Assembly: GCA_044892505.1 (NCBI GenBank)
Contig: CM097884.1
Span: forward strand, 2,108,001-2,172,000
Reading direction: 5' to 3'
DNA length: 64,000 bases
Source of the DNA: Schmidtea nova
Taxonomy: Eukaryota
A model generated the notes under the pieces. It saw nothing but the letters and a program-made list of their open reading frames with translations. It did not search any database and was not told where the DNA came from. A program made the position numbers and the translations under genes. Of this stretch, positions 31,929 through 43,000 are shown one piece after another; the first letter of the stretch is position 1, and the number at the start of each line of letters is the position of its first letter.

Positions 31929-34900
31929 GTGCCTGCATCAGCTCAATCTTCTGCGAATCCCTCTAATGAGACTGATGCAGAAAGCACATTAAAAAATAAT
32001 CTTTCAAATATCGATGATCGTGATCCTGAAGTGTGGTTTTCTGATAATGATATTGATTGGTATCTAGAAAACCACATTGACAATTCAAAGCATGGATACA
32101 TTAAATGCTTTATAGTAAATATAATCTGTTCTAACATCACAGAAGATATTGTTAAAATTCCACTTTCTATTACCAATGCTGAAATTGTGTTTTGTCCACT
32201 TAATATTAACAATTCGCACTGGATTCTTTTTGTTTATTGTAAGAAAATGCTGTCTTCTTACTTTATTGACCCAATCTTTGCGAACAAACAAAAGTCAATC
32301 AATAAACAAATGGCTCAAAGAATTAATCTAAAACTGAATACATTTTTCAATCTAAATGTATCAGTTTCCCGTCATCCACACAAACATCTTGAATATCAGA
32401 ATAACAGCTTTGACTGTGGCCCATTTACGTGTGCTTATGCTGTGATTATCAGTAAAGATTTGAACAGCTTTCCAAATGGGTTCATAGAGAAAATTCGTAC
32501 CAGTGTGCATGAAAATCAAAATCGTATGCAAATAACCGAATCCACCTTATTTGCTGGTACTAATTCCAAGATGGACTTGACCAAAATAAATATCAAGAAA
32601 GCTCTTGCAAAAAAGAAAGTTATCACCAACACTTCAGATATGACCAAAGTATTGAACACTCAAAAACCGTGTGTGTCATCAATAATTAGTAAATATTACG
32701 AAAGTAATTCTAAAATAACAGTATTATCTGCTGAACTAACTTTAAACCTAATTGCACAAAATACCTCCTTCATAGCTGATAATGTCACTTTCAAGCAGTT
32801 CAAAGGAATCGATCATGTTATAAGCATCATTCCTAAATTTAACGATTGGTGTCTCTTTGTCTATTCGATTAAACTTGACAGGAGCTACATGTTCGACTTC
32901 AATTATCGAAACATTGATGAAAGGCTAATTGAAATTGGTGAAAAGATAACTGAATATCTGAATCAATTCACTCTTGTTTCTAAAATAAAATTCACACCTC
33001 ATCATAGAATTTCTCATCCAACATTTCATTCTTATGATGATCAATATTTTGCAAGTTCTTTTATTGTATTTTTTGAGAAACTTGTCTTTGAAAGAATACT
33101 GGACAATGATAAGGTTTATGACTCATTAAGTGATTTGAAATATCAGTCTTGTAAAGATCTTTCTCCTAGCCTAAGTTTCGTTAATGGTAAAATATCCGAC
33201 AAAATTATTGAGGAATATTTTGCTAGCCTAAACTTATCGACCAAATATATTCTTCTAAACACAACAATGTGTAGTGCGCTTTCAGATGATTGCACTGAAT
33301 ACTTGAAAGACTTTGTAAACATGGAGTGCATGATGAAGGCCACTGTTATCTTTGTAATCATTTCTCCTCCAAGAGCCCACGACTTGCTCATGGTTATTGA
33401 TTACGACGCTGATGAGCACTATTTATTAAGCCCAGTCACTAATGACTTGTTCGTTATGACTGAAGGATTCTGCTATAAACTACTAATTAAAATTAATGAG
33501 ATTAGAGAGAGCACAGGACGTGCTTTGAAATCGCGTAATTGTCGACATGACGTTAAAGGTTCTGGCTTATTTAGTAGGTTATTAATCTGTGCCTTTATTA
33601 AATATTATGCATTTGACCGATCTCTAGAAAATATCAACCTACATGAAATTGGCAAAATTATCTACTCACTTGTGCCATTAGTTGATAAAAATGATAATGC
33701 TGAGGAAGAAAGACGACTAAAATCAAAAGCTGTAAACTCTTTAAAACTAAATTTAAAACAGCGAATAGAAAAAGCGAATTATCTTATTATTTCATTTGAA
33801 CACGCCAGTATTGATGAAATCATAAGTGGCATTCTTTCAAATATTCCTCGCCTTAAAGATTTGAACACCGAACACATTCGTACACCATATTTAGGTACTA
33901 AAATAGAAAAAGCTAGGAAATTCAAAAATTCCACTGAATTTCTGTCAAACATGAAAAAGACTGTGTATAGGATTTTGGGTAACAACACAGAATCGATTGC
34001 ACCTCCTTTCCAGGAAATTATTGACACTTTCAGTCATCCTGATACATTACCTAGAAATTGGGAAAACATCTTAAAGTTTACAAAAACTTCTAAAACTAGT
34101 CTTGAATTAAATCCAATGACACCTAAAGAAATCCTGTCAAGTCTTGGCAAAGCTGACAACACTTCTCCAGGTCTTGATAATGTCTGTTATAAAGATCTTT
34201 TGCTATTAGACCCTGAATGTAAATTGTTAACTTTTCTTTACAATAAAATCCTAAAATTAGATATTATTCCCACAAGTTGGAAATCATTTAAAACTATACT
34301 GATTCCAAAACCAGATAAAAATGGCCAATATCATAAAATATCTTCTTGGCGACCAATTGCTTTATTATCTGTGATTTACAAAGTTTTCGCTTCAGTTTTG
34401 GCCAATCGCCTTAGTTTGTGGATAAGAAATAATTCCATGTTACATATTGGCCAAAAGGGTGGTTCAGAATACGAAGGATGTATTGAACACAACTCTATCC
34501 TTTCTGCTATCGTCGAACACTCAAAATATAGCACATCATCACCTTTAACGATAGCTTGGCTAGACATCAAAGATGCCTTTGGAAGTGTGCCACATGATTA
34601 CATGTGGACACTATTAAAACACATAAATGTTAGTGATAGGTTTGTGAGCATTTTAAAACTGCTCTATACTGACACGAGCTCGTTCTATTGTTGCAATAAA
34701 ATGCAGACACCAGACATTCCAATAAAGAAAGGTGTTAAACAAGGTTGTCCGATCTCAATGATATTGTTTGCAATAGCTATTAACCCAGTACTTGACGCTA
34801 TTAATTTGTCAAACGTCAATCCTTTTATGATAGGAACGTCTCCGGTACAGGTGTTGGCTTATGCGGATGATATCGCACTTATCGCGACTAATACCTCTGA

Positions 34901-36539
34901 TCTTCAAAAACTCATAGACGTTGCTGTAAATACCGCCAAAACAATTGCATTTGAATATCGTCCAGAAAAGTGCGCTTATATGCAATATCCTAAAATAGAA
35001 ACTGTAAGCGAGATCTCTGTCAACCATATACTCATCAAAAAGATTGCAACAAATGAATTTTACCAATACTTGGGAGTACCAATAGGTGACAATAATGATC
35101 AAAGTCCCTATGAAATTGTTAGCAAAGTAATTGAAGACACAAAGAAAATAGCAAATTCCGATCTTTACGGCTGGCAAAAACTTAAAGCGTATAAGGTCTT
35201 TCTGCACTCTCGTTTGATCTTTCCATTTAGAACTAGGGAAATCAAAACAAGTTCTTTGACTGATTCTAGTAAAAATTCAAAAATCAATGTAAATAATACG
35301 AGTATCTTGAGAAGTCAGTTTAGAAAAATATTGAACTTGCCACATTACTCTGAAATTAGCTATTTCTATAATTCTACTGAAAATGGCGGTGCAGGTTGCA
35401 TAGACTTACTTGACGAATATCATACACAGACGATTGTTTACTTTTTCCGTCTCCTAACATCAACGTGCGAATATTCGAAAAAGATAAACACTGACTCGTT
35501 GTTATTTGTCACAAGACCCAGACTCGGAATCAAAAATCCAGTTCTTAAACAAAGTTTAGAATGGATAAATGGAAAGGATAGTAAGAAAAATCACAGCGGT
35601 TGCAAAACCCGATTTTATCGACTGCGATCATCTATTGCTTACTTTGCAAAAGTCCACAACATTAAACTGTTATTCGAAACAGTCAAAAATAATCCTTCGA
35701 TTCGAATAACCACTACACTTACAGGAACACGCATATTATTACCGACATTAAGAAAAGCACTGTCAATGATTCTTCATTCAGCTCTTCAAGACTCATATCT
35801 TGAAAAATGGGAAAAAAGCAATCACAATAATCTGCTTATATCTGCGATTAAACTTTGTCCACTTGTTAACAAACTTATTTTCCGCAGTGACTTGACTGAA
35901 TTTGAATGGAGATTCGTCCATCGAGCTAGAACAAATACACTTTCGACATTTGCAAAACCACATAAAACCGGTGAAAATCGTCTTTGTCGTAGATGTAAGG
36001 TTGAAGACGAAACTATCCTACACGTTCTTCAAACCTGTAAAATGAACAAATCTCTAGCAACTAATCGACATAACGCTTGCTTAGAAAAAATAAAAAACGA
36101 GTTGAAAAATCCAAACTTGTTAGTTGTTGCGGACCATAAATGTTCTCTTGTACCAACATCATCTGAGCGCGTTGATTTAATAATAACCAATAATGAGAAA
36201 AAGACGATATTATTGGTAGACATGAAATGTCCAATTGATTCTTTGCCCAACTTTGACTTGGCTGATAAAATGAATATTGAAAAATATGAAAAACTGAGAT
36301 CCGAAATTAAACTAGCCAAGCCCGATTATAAAGTTGAGTTGTTTACTTGCATCATAGGCTCTTTAGGTTCCATTGAAGTAAAGACTCCTGATCTTCTAGT
36401 TAAAATGGGCGTAAAAGAAAATAATGTTAAACGTCTGATGAAAGAGTGTGCAATAAGCAATATTGCGCACTCGGCCAAAATTTGGTTCTTTCACACCAAT
36501 GGCTTTCTACCAGATGATACAAGACAAACGTGTAAATAA
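31929..36539 (+). CDS. E5 ORF2: Ulp1-like x3, RT, CCHC, RLE (in frame with ORF1, no AUG at the start)
   Basis: Motifs as in E3; the GTG start is the track's choice. Confidence 0.93.
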   Translation: MPASAQSSANPSNETDAESTLKNNLSNIDDRDPEVWFSDNDIDWYLENHIDNSKHGYIKCFIVNIICSNITEDIVKIPLSITNAEIVFCPLNINNSHWILFVYCKKMLSSYFIDPIFANKQKSINKQMAQRINLKLNTFFNLNVSVSRHPHKHLEYQNNSFDCGPFTCAYAVIISKDLNSFPNGFIEKIRTSVHENQNRMQITESTLFAGTNSKMDLTKINIKKALAKKKVITNTSDMTKVLNTQKPCVSSIISKYYESNSKITVLSAELTLNLIAQNTSFIADNVTFKQFKGIDHVISIIPKFNDWCLFVYSIKLDRSYMFDFNYRNIDERLIEIGEKITEYLNQFTLVSKIKFTPHHRISHPTFHSYDDQYFASSFIVFFEKLVFERILDNDKVYDSLSDLKYQSCKDLSPSLSFVNGKISDKIIEEYFASLNLSTKYILLNTTMCSALSDDCTEYLKDFVNMECMMKATVIFVIISPPRAHDLLMVIDYDADEHYLLSPVTNDLFVMTEGFCYKLLIKINEIRESTGRALKSRNCRHDVKGSGLFSRLLICAFIKYYAFDRSLENINLHEIGKIIYSLVPLVDKNDNAEEERRLKSKAVNSLKLNLKQRIEKANYLIISFEHASIDEIISGILSNIPRLKDLNTEHIRTPYLGTKIEKARKFKNSTEFLSNMKKTVYRILGNNTESIAPPFQEIIDTFSHPDTLPRNWENILKFTKTSKTSLELNPMTPKEILSSLGKADNTSPGLDNVCYKDLLLLDPECKLLTFLYNKILKLDIIPTSWKSFKTILIPKPDKNGQYHKISSWRPIALLSVIYKVFASVLANRLSLWIRNNSMLHIGQKGGSEYEGCIEHNSILSAIVEHSKYSTSSPLTIAWLDIKDAFGSVPHDYMWTLLKHINVSDRFVSILKLLYTDTSSFYCCNKMQTPDIPIKKGVKQGCPISMILFAIAINPVLDAINLSNVNPFMIGTSPVQVLAYADDIALIATNTSDLQKLIDVAVNTAKTIAFEYRPEKCAYMQYPKIETVSEISVNHILIKKIATNEFYQYLGVPIGDNNDQSPYEIVSKVIEDTKKIANSDLYGWQKLKAYKVFLHSRLIFPFRTREIKTSSLTDSSKNSKINVNNTSILRSQFRKILNLPHYSEISYFYNSTENGGAGCIDLLDEYHTQTIVYFFRLLTSTCEYSKKINTDSLLFVTRPRLGIKNPVLKQSLEWINGKDSKKNHSGCKTRFYRLRSSIAYFAKVHNIKLLFETVKNNPSIRITTTLTGTRILLPTLRKALSMILHSALQDSYLEKWEKSNHNNLLISAIKLCPLVNKLIFRSDLTEFEWRFVHRARTNTLSTFAKPHKTGENRLCRRCKVEDETILHVLQTCKMNKSLATNRHNACLEKIKNELKNPNLLVVADHKCSLVPTSSERVDLIITNNEKKTILLVDMKCPIDSLPNFDLADKMNIEKYEKLRSEIKLAKPDYKVELFTCIIGSLGSIEVKTPDLLVKMGVKENNVKRLMKECAISNIAHSAKIWFFHTNGFLPDDTRQTCK

Positions 36540-36909
36540 AATTTATAAACATACAAATAATTACTTTTTTTTCCTTTAAAACTGTAAATAAAAATTAAAG
36601 TAAATATTTTGTAAAGTAATTTTAAATAAAATTTTTTTTTTCTTTTTCTCTAAATCTGATAAATTGTCTCTGAGAGTTGTTGGAGTAAGAGACCAAATTG
36701 TCTGCGATGCTTGTTATATAATTTAGACCTCTCAAATACTGAAGAAAGCAGTCGCAAAGCTGGATGACGAAATCCAAAGATACAGAAAAACTCCTGCAGA
36801 TAGAACAATTATATATATATTTGTTATGTGATTGTTTGAGGACTAATCCATGTTGATTAGATCATCTGTACAAAAATATTCAAATTTGTTATATTTAATA
36901 AATGTTTTA

Positions 36910-36963
36910 TATGATACTCGCTTAGGGTGCGAGTGGTCCCGGGTTCAAATCCCGGCTGAGCCC
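36910..36963 (+). pseudogene. trnP: 3' half of tRNA-Pro interrupted by E5
   Basis: tRNA nt 19-72. Confidence 0.95.
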
Positions 36964-37315
36964 TTTATTTTTTACAAAACGATACAAATTTCAAATTCGA
37001 CTTTCGACGAAATTATCATCGGTTATTTATCGAATGAATATCGGGAAAAAGAGAAAAGCGTAAAATTCAAAATATAAAGACAACAACATGAAGAATTGAC
37101 GAGAATACAAGTTTAATCAAATACAAGGTTCGATTGAGTTTGTGATGAAAGAAAACGAAAATTGGGAAATGGGAATTAAGATTAAAAAAATCTATTACAA
37201 CAAAAAGAGGACATTTGTTGAATTGAATAATTGAAAAATCACGTGACAAAACATGAAATGGATGATGATTTATTGAAAATAATTAAGACGGTCAACTTTT
37301 GATGAATTGACATGA

Positions 37316-37336
37316 GGCTCAGTGGTCTAGGGGTAT
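37316..37336 (+). pseudogene. trnP: 5' half of tRNA-Pro interrupted by E6 (the unit adjacent to E5)
   Basis: tRNA nt 1-21, exactly one spacer after the E5 junction. Confidence 0.95.
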
Positions 37337-37416
37337 AATTTCGTAGGAAAAGAAAGACTGATTTTGAATTTAAAATTATAGATTACTGAATAATTGAATT
37401 GCGAAAGATGAAAAAC

Positions 37417-40056
37417 ATGCCTCAATCACTTGCTGCTCTGTCAACTGCTGCTGATGTGTTGACTCAGTCTATTGAAAATCAGTCAACTGTGACGAAGCAT
37501 TGTGCATTGGAAAACATTGTTAAATGTCAAATTTCCAACTTGCAATGTTTTCAGTCTTTTTTGGATAACTTTTTTCAATTGCATTGTGGAAATCGTTCTT
37601 CTGCATCAGTTCTTTCTGATGCTAATGCAAATCAACGGAGTTCTTCCTTCGATCAAGGATCAAAAAATTCTCAAGGACAATCTGAGAACATGCCAATTTC
37701 TTATCCTGATATTGAGAATAAATTTCCTAACTCAAAGGATTTATTGATTGTCAAGCGCCTGGATTCATTGGAGGCTCTATTTTTGAACATCGCTGAAAAG
37801 GTAGATTATTTGGTTTCTTGTTTTAATGGCTCTGTTGATAGTTTGTCAGATTTTCCTAAAATAATTGAAAATAATTTAAATAATAATCTTTTTAATAAAA
37901 ATAAAGTTATTGATTTAAAAGATAATGTAAATGTAAATAATATATGTTCTAATAAATTAAATACTTTGGATTCTTCCGAAACTAATACTGTAAATAAAAC
38001 AAATATTTTATCTGATGTATATAATAATAAGATCCTTAATTCGAATAGTAAATTTTCTAATAATTCTCCTGAAGATAAATTTAAAAATGTAAATATTTCA
38101 AGAGATAATGCTTTAATTGATTTAAATAACGCGAAAATTATTCCAACTGAAAACCTAGAAATAATTATCAAAAATAATAAAAAATCCGTTAAAATCATTG
38201 AACCTAGTAAAACAAATAAAAAGAAAATTGATAAATTTGAATTTAAAAGCCTGGTTCGTATTTTAACGAAAAGAGAACGCCAGCAAATCTTGAGTGCTTT
38301 TCCTGCCTTGATCCAAATGATTAAAAAGAAGGAATCGCAAAATAAATATATTGAAATAAATAAATTTCTTTCTGGTAAAGAATGTAATGTTAATATCCTA
38401 AATGTAAATAATTTTGAATATTTCTTTTATAGGAATTTCAATATTTGTGTGTCCTTAAAATTGAATGAGGCTTCTGTAATTTCATCAGCACCGAAACCCG
38501 TTGTTTCAAAAACTATTAAATTAATTGACCATAATATCGTCAAAATAGATTCTGAAATCGCTGACTTTGTTCAAGCTCCAATGTCAATTCGAAAATTTCT
38601 ATTCAATCTTTCGGATGATCTTTCAAACACTGTTTCCATCAAGGATGATAAACATAGGGGAAATAAAATAAATAGCATTCTTACTTCGATGAAACAAAAA
38701 CAACAACTGCCAGATTATTTAATAAAATCTAATATTAAATACGAAAATGGCGAGTTTTTATTATTAGATTTAACTAACACAGATGTCAAATTGAAAGACG
38801 ATAATAATTTAATAAGATCGAGTTTTTCTGAACTTACTAGAAGTCAGATTAGGAATCTTTACAATTCATATCCTTCTCTTAAGGAAGTTTGTTTCGTTGA
38901 AAATCTAGAAACAAGATCCCCATCAGTTAGTAAAATGATTGACTCTTTAAAAATTAATAATGAATTTCCAAAAAATATAATTTATAAAGAGGGTAAATTT
39001 TATCAATCTGATAAAAAACTAATTTCTCCCAGTAGTTCTCCTGACATAATGTTCAACCTTGGTCTGTTTGATTTGGCTAGTATGAGTAAAAAAGATTGTG
39101 AGTTAAAATTCATCTTAGAGAAGACTGGTTGTGACTTTAAAATAGTTGAAATAATATTCTACCTCAACTATTTGGGTTTGACTCGATCTTTGGATTTTTG
39201 CAAAAATCAAATTTATTCTGATTATGTAAGGAATTACATCTGTAATTGCGGCTTAATAAACTCACTCTGTAGTATTGCTGATGTTGATTCGCTTTCACCT
39301 GAGGATTTTGAGGGTTGGGCGACCGAAATTGTTCAGAAAATCCCAGTTTCTTCCTATTACTTCAGTAGCTGTCAGGAAAAGCTTTTAAAGTTGAAACAAT
39401 GGGACATTTCAACTGAAATCAAAAAAATCCATAACGTTATTTCACCTGAAATAATTTCTTATTTAAATAAATTTCTTGACTCTGTAGACGTAAAATTTCC
39501 AGCTAAATCTCAACAAAATAATATTTTAATTAAATTAATGAAAGCTATCAATGACATTAAAATTGTTGATGACATACACGGAAATAAAGCAAAACGACTT
39601 GTTTACTTTTTGCTGAGAGACGCCAAGATATATTTGAATAAAAATCAGCGATTTAGATTATTTGAATCGAGCAATAAATATTGCACTTCAGAAATGGGGA
39701 AATTAATTTTAGTGATAATTGAGAACCTCAACAAAGTTACTGACAATGAAATTATTACTCTTACAAGCACAGTTGAAGAAAAGCCAATTGAAAAAATTTG
39801 TGATCCTGAACCTATTGTTTTGATTGAAGAAACAAGTTGCTTAAGATGCAACAATATCATTGACAATTGCATTCTAGTTAGAGATGGAACAAACATCAAC
39901 ATCTGTGAAAGTTGCATATTTGATGCAATCTCTTCTGCGAAGCCGATTACCGAAGCTCCTCATTCAGATATAGAAGAAGATATAGAAATAATTAGTAAGA
40001 AATCTTGTCCAAAAACCAGAAAAACAGACAAGAAAACATCAACAAAAGCGAAATGA
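37417..40056 (+). CDS. E6 ORF1 (intact)
   Basis: Near-identical to E5 ORF1. Confidence 0.87.
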   Translation: MPQSLAALSTAADVLTQSIENQSTVTKHCALENIVKCQISNLQCFQSFLDNFFQLHCGNRSSASVLSDANANQRSSSFDQGSKNSQGQSENMPISYPDIENKFPNSKDLLIVKRLDSLEALFLNIAEKVDYLVSCFNGSVDSLSDFPKIIENNLNNNLFNKNKVIDLKDNVNVNNICSNKLNTLDSSETNTVNKTNILSDVYNNKILNSNSKFSNNSPEDKFKNVNISRDNALIDLNNAKIIPTENLEIIIKNNKKSVKIIEPSKTNKKKIDKFEFKSLVRILTKRERQQILSAFPALIQMIKKKESQNKYIEINKFLSGKECNVNILNVNNFEYFFYRNFNICVSLKLNEASVISSAPKPVVSKTIKLIDHNIVKIDSEIADFVQAPMSIRKFLFNLSDDLSNTVSIKDDKHRGNKINSILTSMKQKQQLPDYLIKSNIKYENGEFLLLDLTNTDVKLKDDNNLIRSSFSELTRSQIRNLYNSYPSLKEVCFVENLETRSPSVSKMIDSLKINNEFPKNIIYKEGKFYQSDKKLISPSSSPDIMFNLGLFDLASMSKKDCELKFILEKTGCDFKIVEIIFYLNYLGLTRSLDFCKNQIYSDYVRNYICNCGLINSLCSIADVDSLSPEDFEGWATEIVQKIPVSSYYFSSCQEKLLKLKQWDISTEIKKIHNVISPEIISYLNKFLDSVDVKFPAKSQQNNILIKLMKAINDIKIVDDIHGNKAKRLVYFLLRDAKIYLNKNQRFRLFESSNKYCTSEMGKLILVIIENLNKVTDNEIITLTSTVEEKPIEKICDPEPIVLIEETSCLRCNNIIDNCILVRDGTNINICESCIFDAISSAKPITEAPHSDIEEDIEIISKKSCPKTRKTDKKTSTKAK

Positions 40057-40062
40057 AGATGT

Positions 40063-43000
40063 GTGCCTGCATCAGCTCAATCTTCTGCGAATCCCTCTAA
40101 TGAGACTGATGCAGAAAGCACATTAAAAAATAATCTTTCAAATATCGATGATCGTGATCCTGAAGTGTGGTTTTCTGATAATGATATTGATTGGTATCTA
40201 GAAAACCACATTGACAATTCAAAGCATGGATACATTAAATGCTTTATAGTAAATATAATCTGTTCTAACATCACAGAAGATATTGTTAAAATTCCACTTT
40301 CTATTACCAATGCTGAAATTGTGTTTTGTCCACTTAATATTAACAATTCGCACTGGATTCTTTTTGTTTATTGTAAGAAAATGCTGTCTTCTTACTTTAT
40401 TGACCCAATCTTTGCGAACAAACAAAAGTCAATCAATAAACAAATGGCTCAAAGAATTAATCTAAAACTGAATACATTTTTCAATCTAAATGTATCAGTT
40501 TCCCGTCATCCACACAAACATCTTGAATATCAGAATAACAGCTTTGACTGTGGCCCATTTACGTGTGCTTATGCTGTGATTATCAGTAAAGATTTGAACA
40601 GCTTTCCAAATGGGTTCATAGAGAAAATTCGTACCAGTGTGCATGAAAATCAAAATCGTATGCAAATAACCGAATCCACCTTATTTGCTGGTACTAATTC
40701 CAAGATGGACTTGACCAAAATAAATATCAAGAAAGCTCTTGCAAAAAAGAAAGTTATCACCAACACTTCAGATATGACCAAAGTATTGAACACTCAAAAA
40801 CCGTGTGTGTCATCAATAATTAGTAAATATTACGAAAGTAATTCTAAAATAACAGTATTATCTGCTGAACTAACTTTAAACCTAATTGCACAAAATACCT
40901 CCTTCATAGCTGATAATGTCACTTTCAAGCAGTTCAAAGGAATCGATCATGTTATAAGCATCATTCCTAAATTTAACGATTGGTGTCTCTTTGTCTATTC
41001 GATTAAACTTGACAGGAGCTACATGTTCGACTTCAATTATCGAAACATTGATGAAAGGCTAATTGAAATTGGTGAAAAGATAACTGAATATCTGAATCAA
41101 TTCACTCTTGTTTCTAAAATAAAATTCACACCTCATCATAGAATTTCTCATCCAACATTTCATTCTTATGATGATCAATATTTTGCAAGTTCTTTTATTG
41201 TATTTTTTGAGAAACTTGTCTTTGAAAGAATACTGGACAATGATAAGGTTTATGACTCATTAAGTGATTTGAAATATCAGTCTTGTAAAGATCTTTCTCC
41301 TAGCCTAAGTTTCGTTAATGGTAAAATATCCGACAAAATTATTGAGGAATATTTTGCTAGCCTAAACTTATCGACCAAATATATTCTTCTAAACACAACA
41401 ATGTGTAGTGCGCTTTCAGATGATTGCACTGAATACTTGAAAGACTTTGTAAACATGGAGTGCATGATGAAGGCCACTGTTATCTTTGTAATCATTTCTC
41501 CTCCAAGAGCCCACGACTTGCTCATGGTTATTGATTACGACGCTGATGAGCACTATTTATTAAGCCCAGTCACTAATGACTTGTTCGTTATGACTGAAGG
41601 ATTCTGCTATAAACTACTAATTAAAATTAATGAGATTAGAGAGAGCACAGGACGTGCTTTGAAATCGCGTAATTGTCGACATGACGTTAAAGGTTCTGGC
41701 TTATTTAGTAGGTTATTAATCTGTGCCTTTATTAAATATTATGCATTTGACCGATCTCTAGAAAATATCAACCTACATGAAATTGGCAAAATTATCTACT
41801 CACTTGTGCCATTAGTTGATAAAAATGATAATGCTGAGGAAGAAAGACGACTAAAATCAAAAGCTGTAAACTCTTTAAAACTAAATTTAAAACAGCGAAT
41901 AGAAAAAGCGAATTATCTTATTATTTCATTTGAACACGCCAGTATTGATGAAATCATAAGTGGCATTCTTTCAAATATTCCTCGCCTTAAAGATTTGAAC
42001 ACCGAACACATTCGTACACCATATTTAGGTACTAAAATAGAAAAAGCTAGGAAATTCAAAAATTCCACTGAATTTCTGTCAAACATGAAAAAGACTGTGT
42101 ATAGGATTTTGGGTAACAACACAGAATCGATTGCACCTCCTTTCCAGGAAATTATTGACACTTTCAGTCATCCTGATACATTACCTAGAAATTGGGAAAA
42201 CATCTTAAAGTTTACAAAAACTTCTAAAACTAGTCTTGAATTAAATCCAATGACACCTAAAGAAATCCTGTCAAGTCTTGGCAAAGCTGACAACACTTCT
42301 CCAGGTCTTGATAATGTCTGTTATAAAGATCTTTTGCTATTAGACCCTGAATGTAAATTGTTAACTTTTCTTTACAATAAAATCCTAAAATTAGATATTA
42401 TTCCCACAAGTTGGAAATCATTTAAAACTATACTGATTCCAAAACCAGATAAAAATGGCCAATATCATAAAATATCTTCTTGGCGACCAATTGCTTTATT
42501 ATCTGTGATTTACAAAGTTTTCGCTTCAGTTTTGGCCAATCGCCTTAGTTTGTGGATAAGAAATAATTCCATGTTACATATTGGCCAAAAGGGTGGTTCA
42601 GAATACGAAGGATGTATTGAACACAACTCTATCCTTTCTGCTATCGTCGAACACTCAAAATATAGCACATCATCACCTTTAACGATAGCTTGGCTAGACA
42701 TCAAAGATGCCTTTGGAAGTGTGCCACATGATTACATGTGGACACTATTAAAACACATAAATGTTAGTGATAGGTTTGTGAGCATTTTAAAACTGCTCTA
42801 TACTGACACGAGCTCGTTCTATTGTTGCAATAAAATGCAGACACCAGACATTCCAATAAAGAAAGGTGTTAAACAAGGTTGTCCGATCTCAATGATATTG
42901 TTTGCAATAGCTATTAACCCAGTACTTGACGCTATTAATTTGTCAAACGTCAATCCTTTTATGATAGGAACGTCTCCGGTACAGGTGTTGGCTTATGCGG

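Larger units (their letters stand above)
29203..36909 (+). mobile_element. E5: full-length element, both ORFs intact (potentially active)
   Basis: ORF1 29283-31922 and ORF2 31929-36539 both open. Confidence 0.95.
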
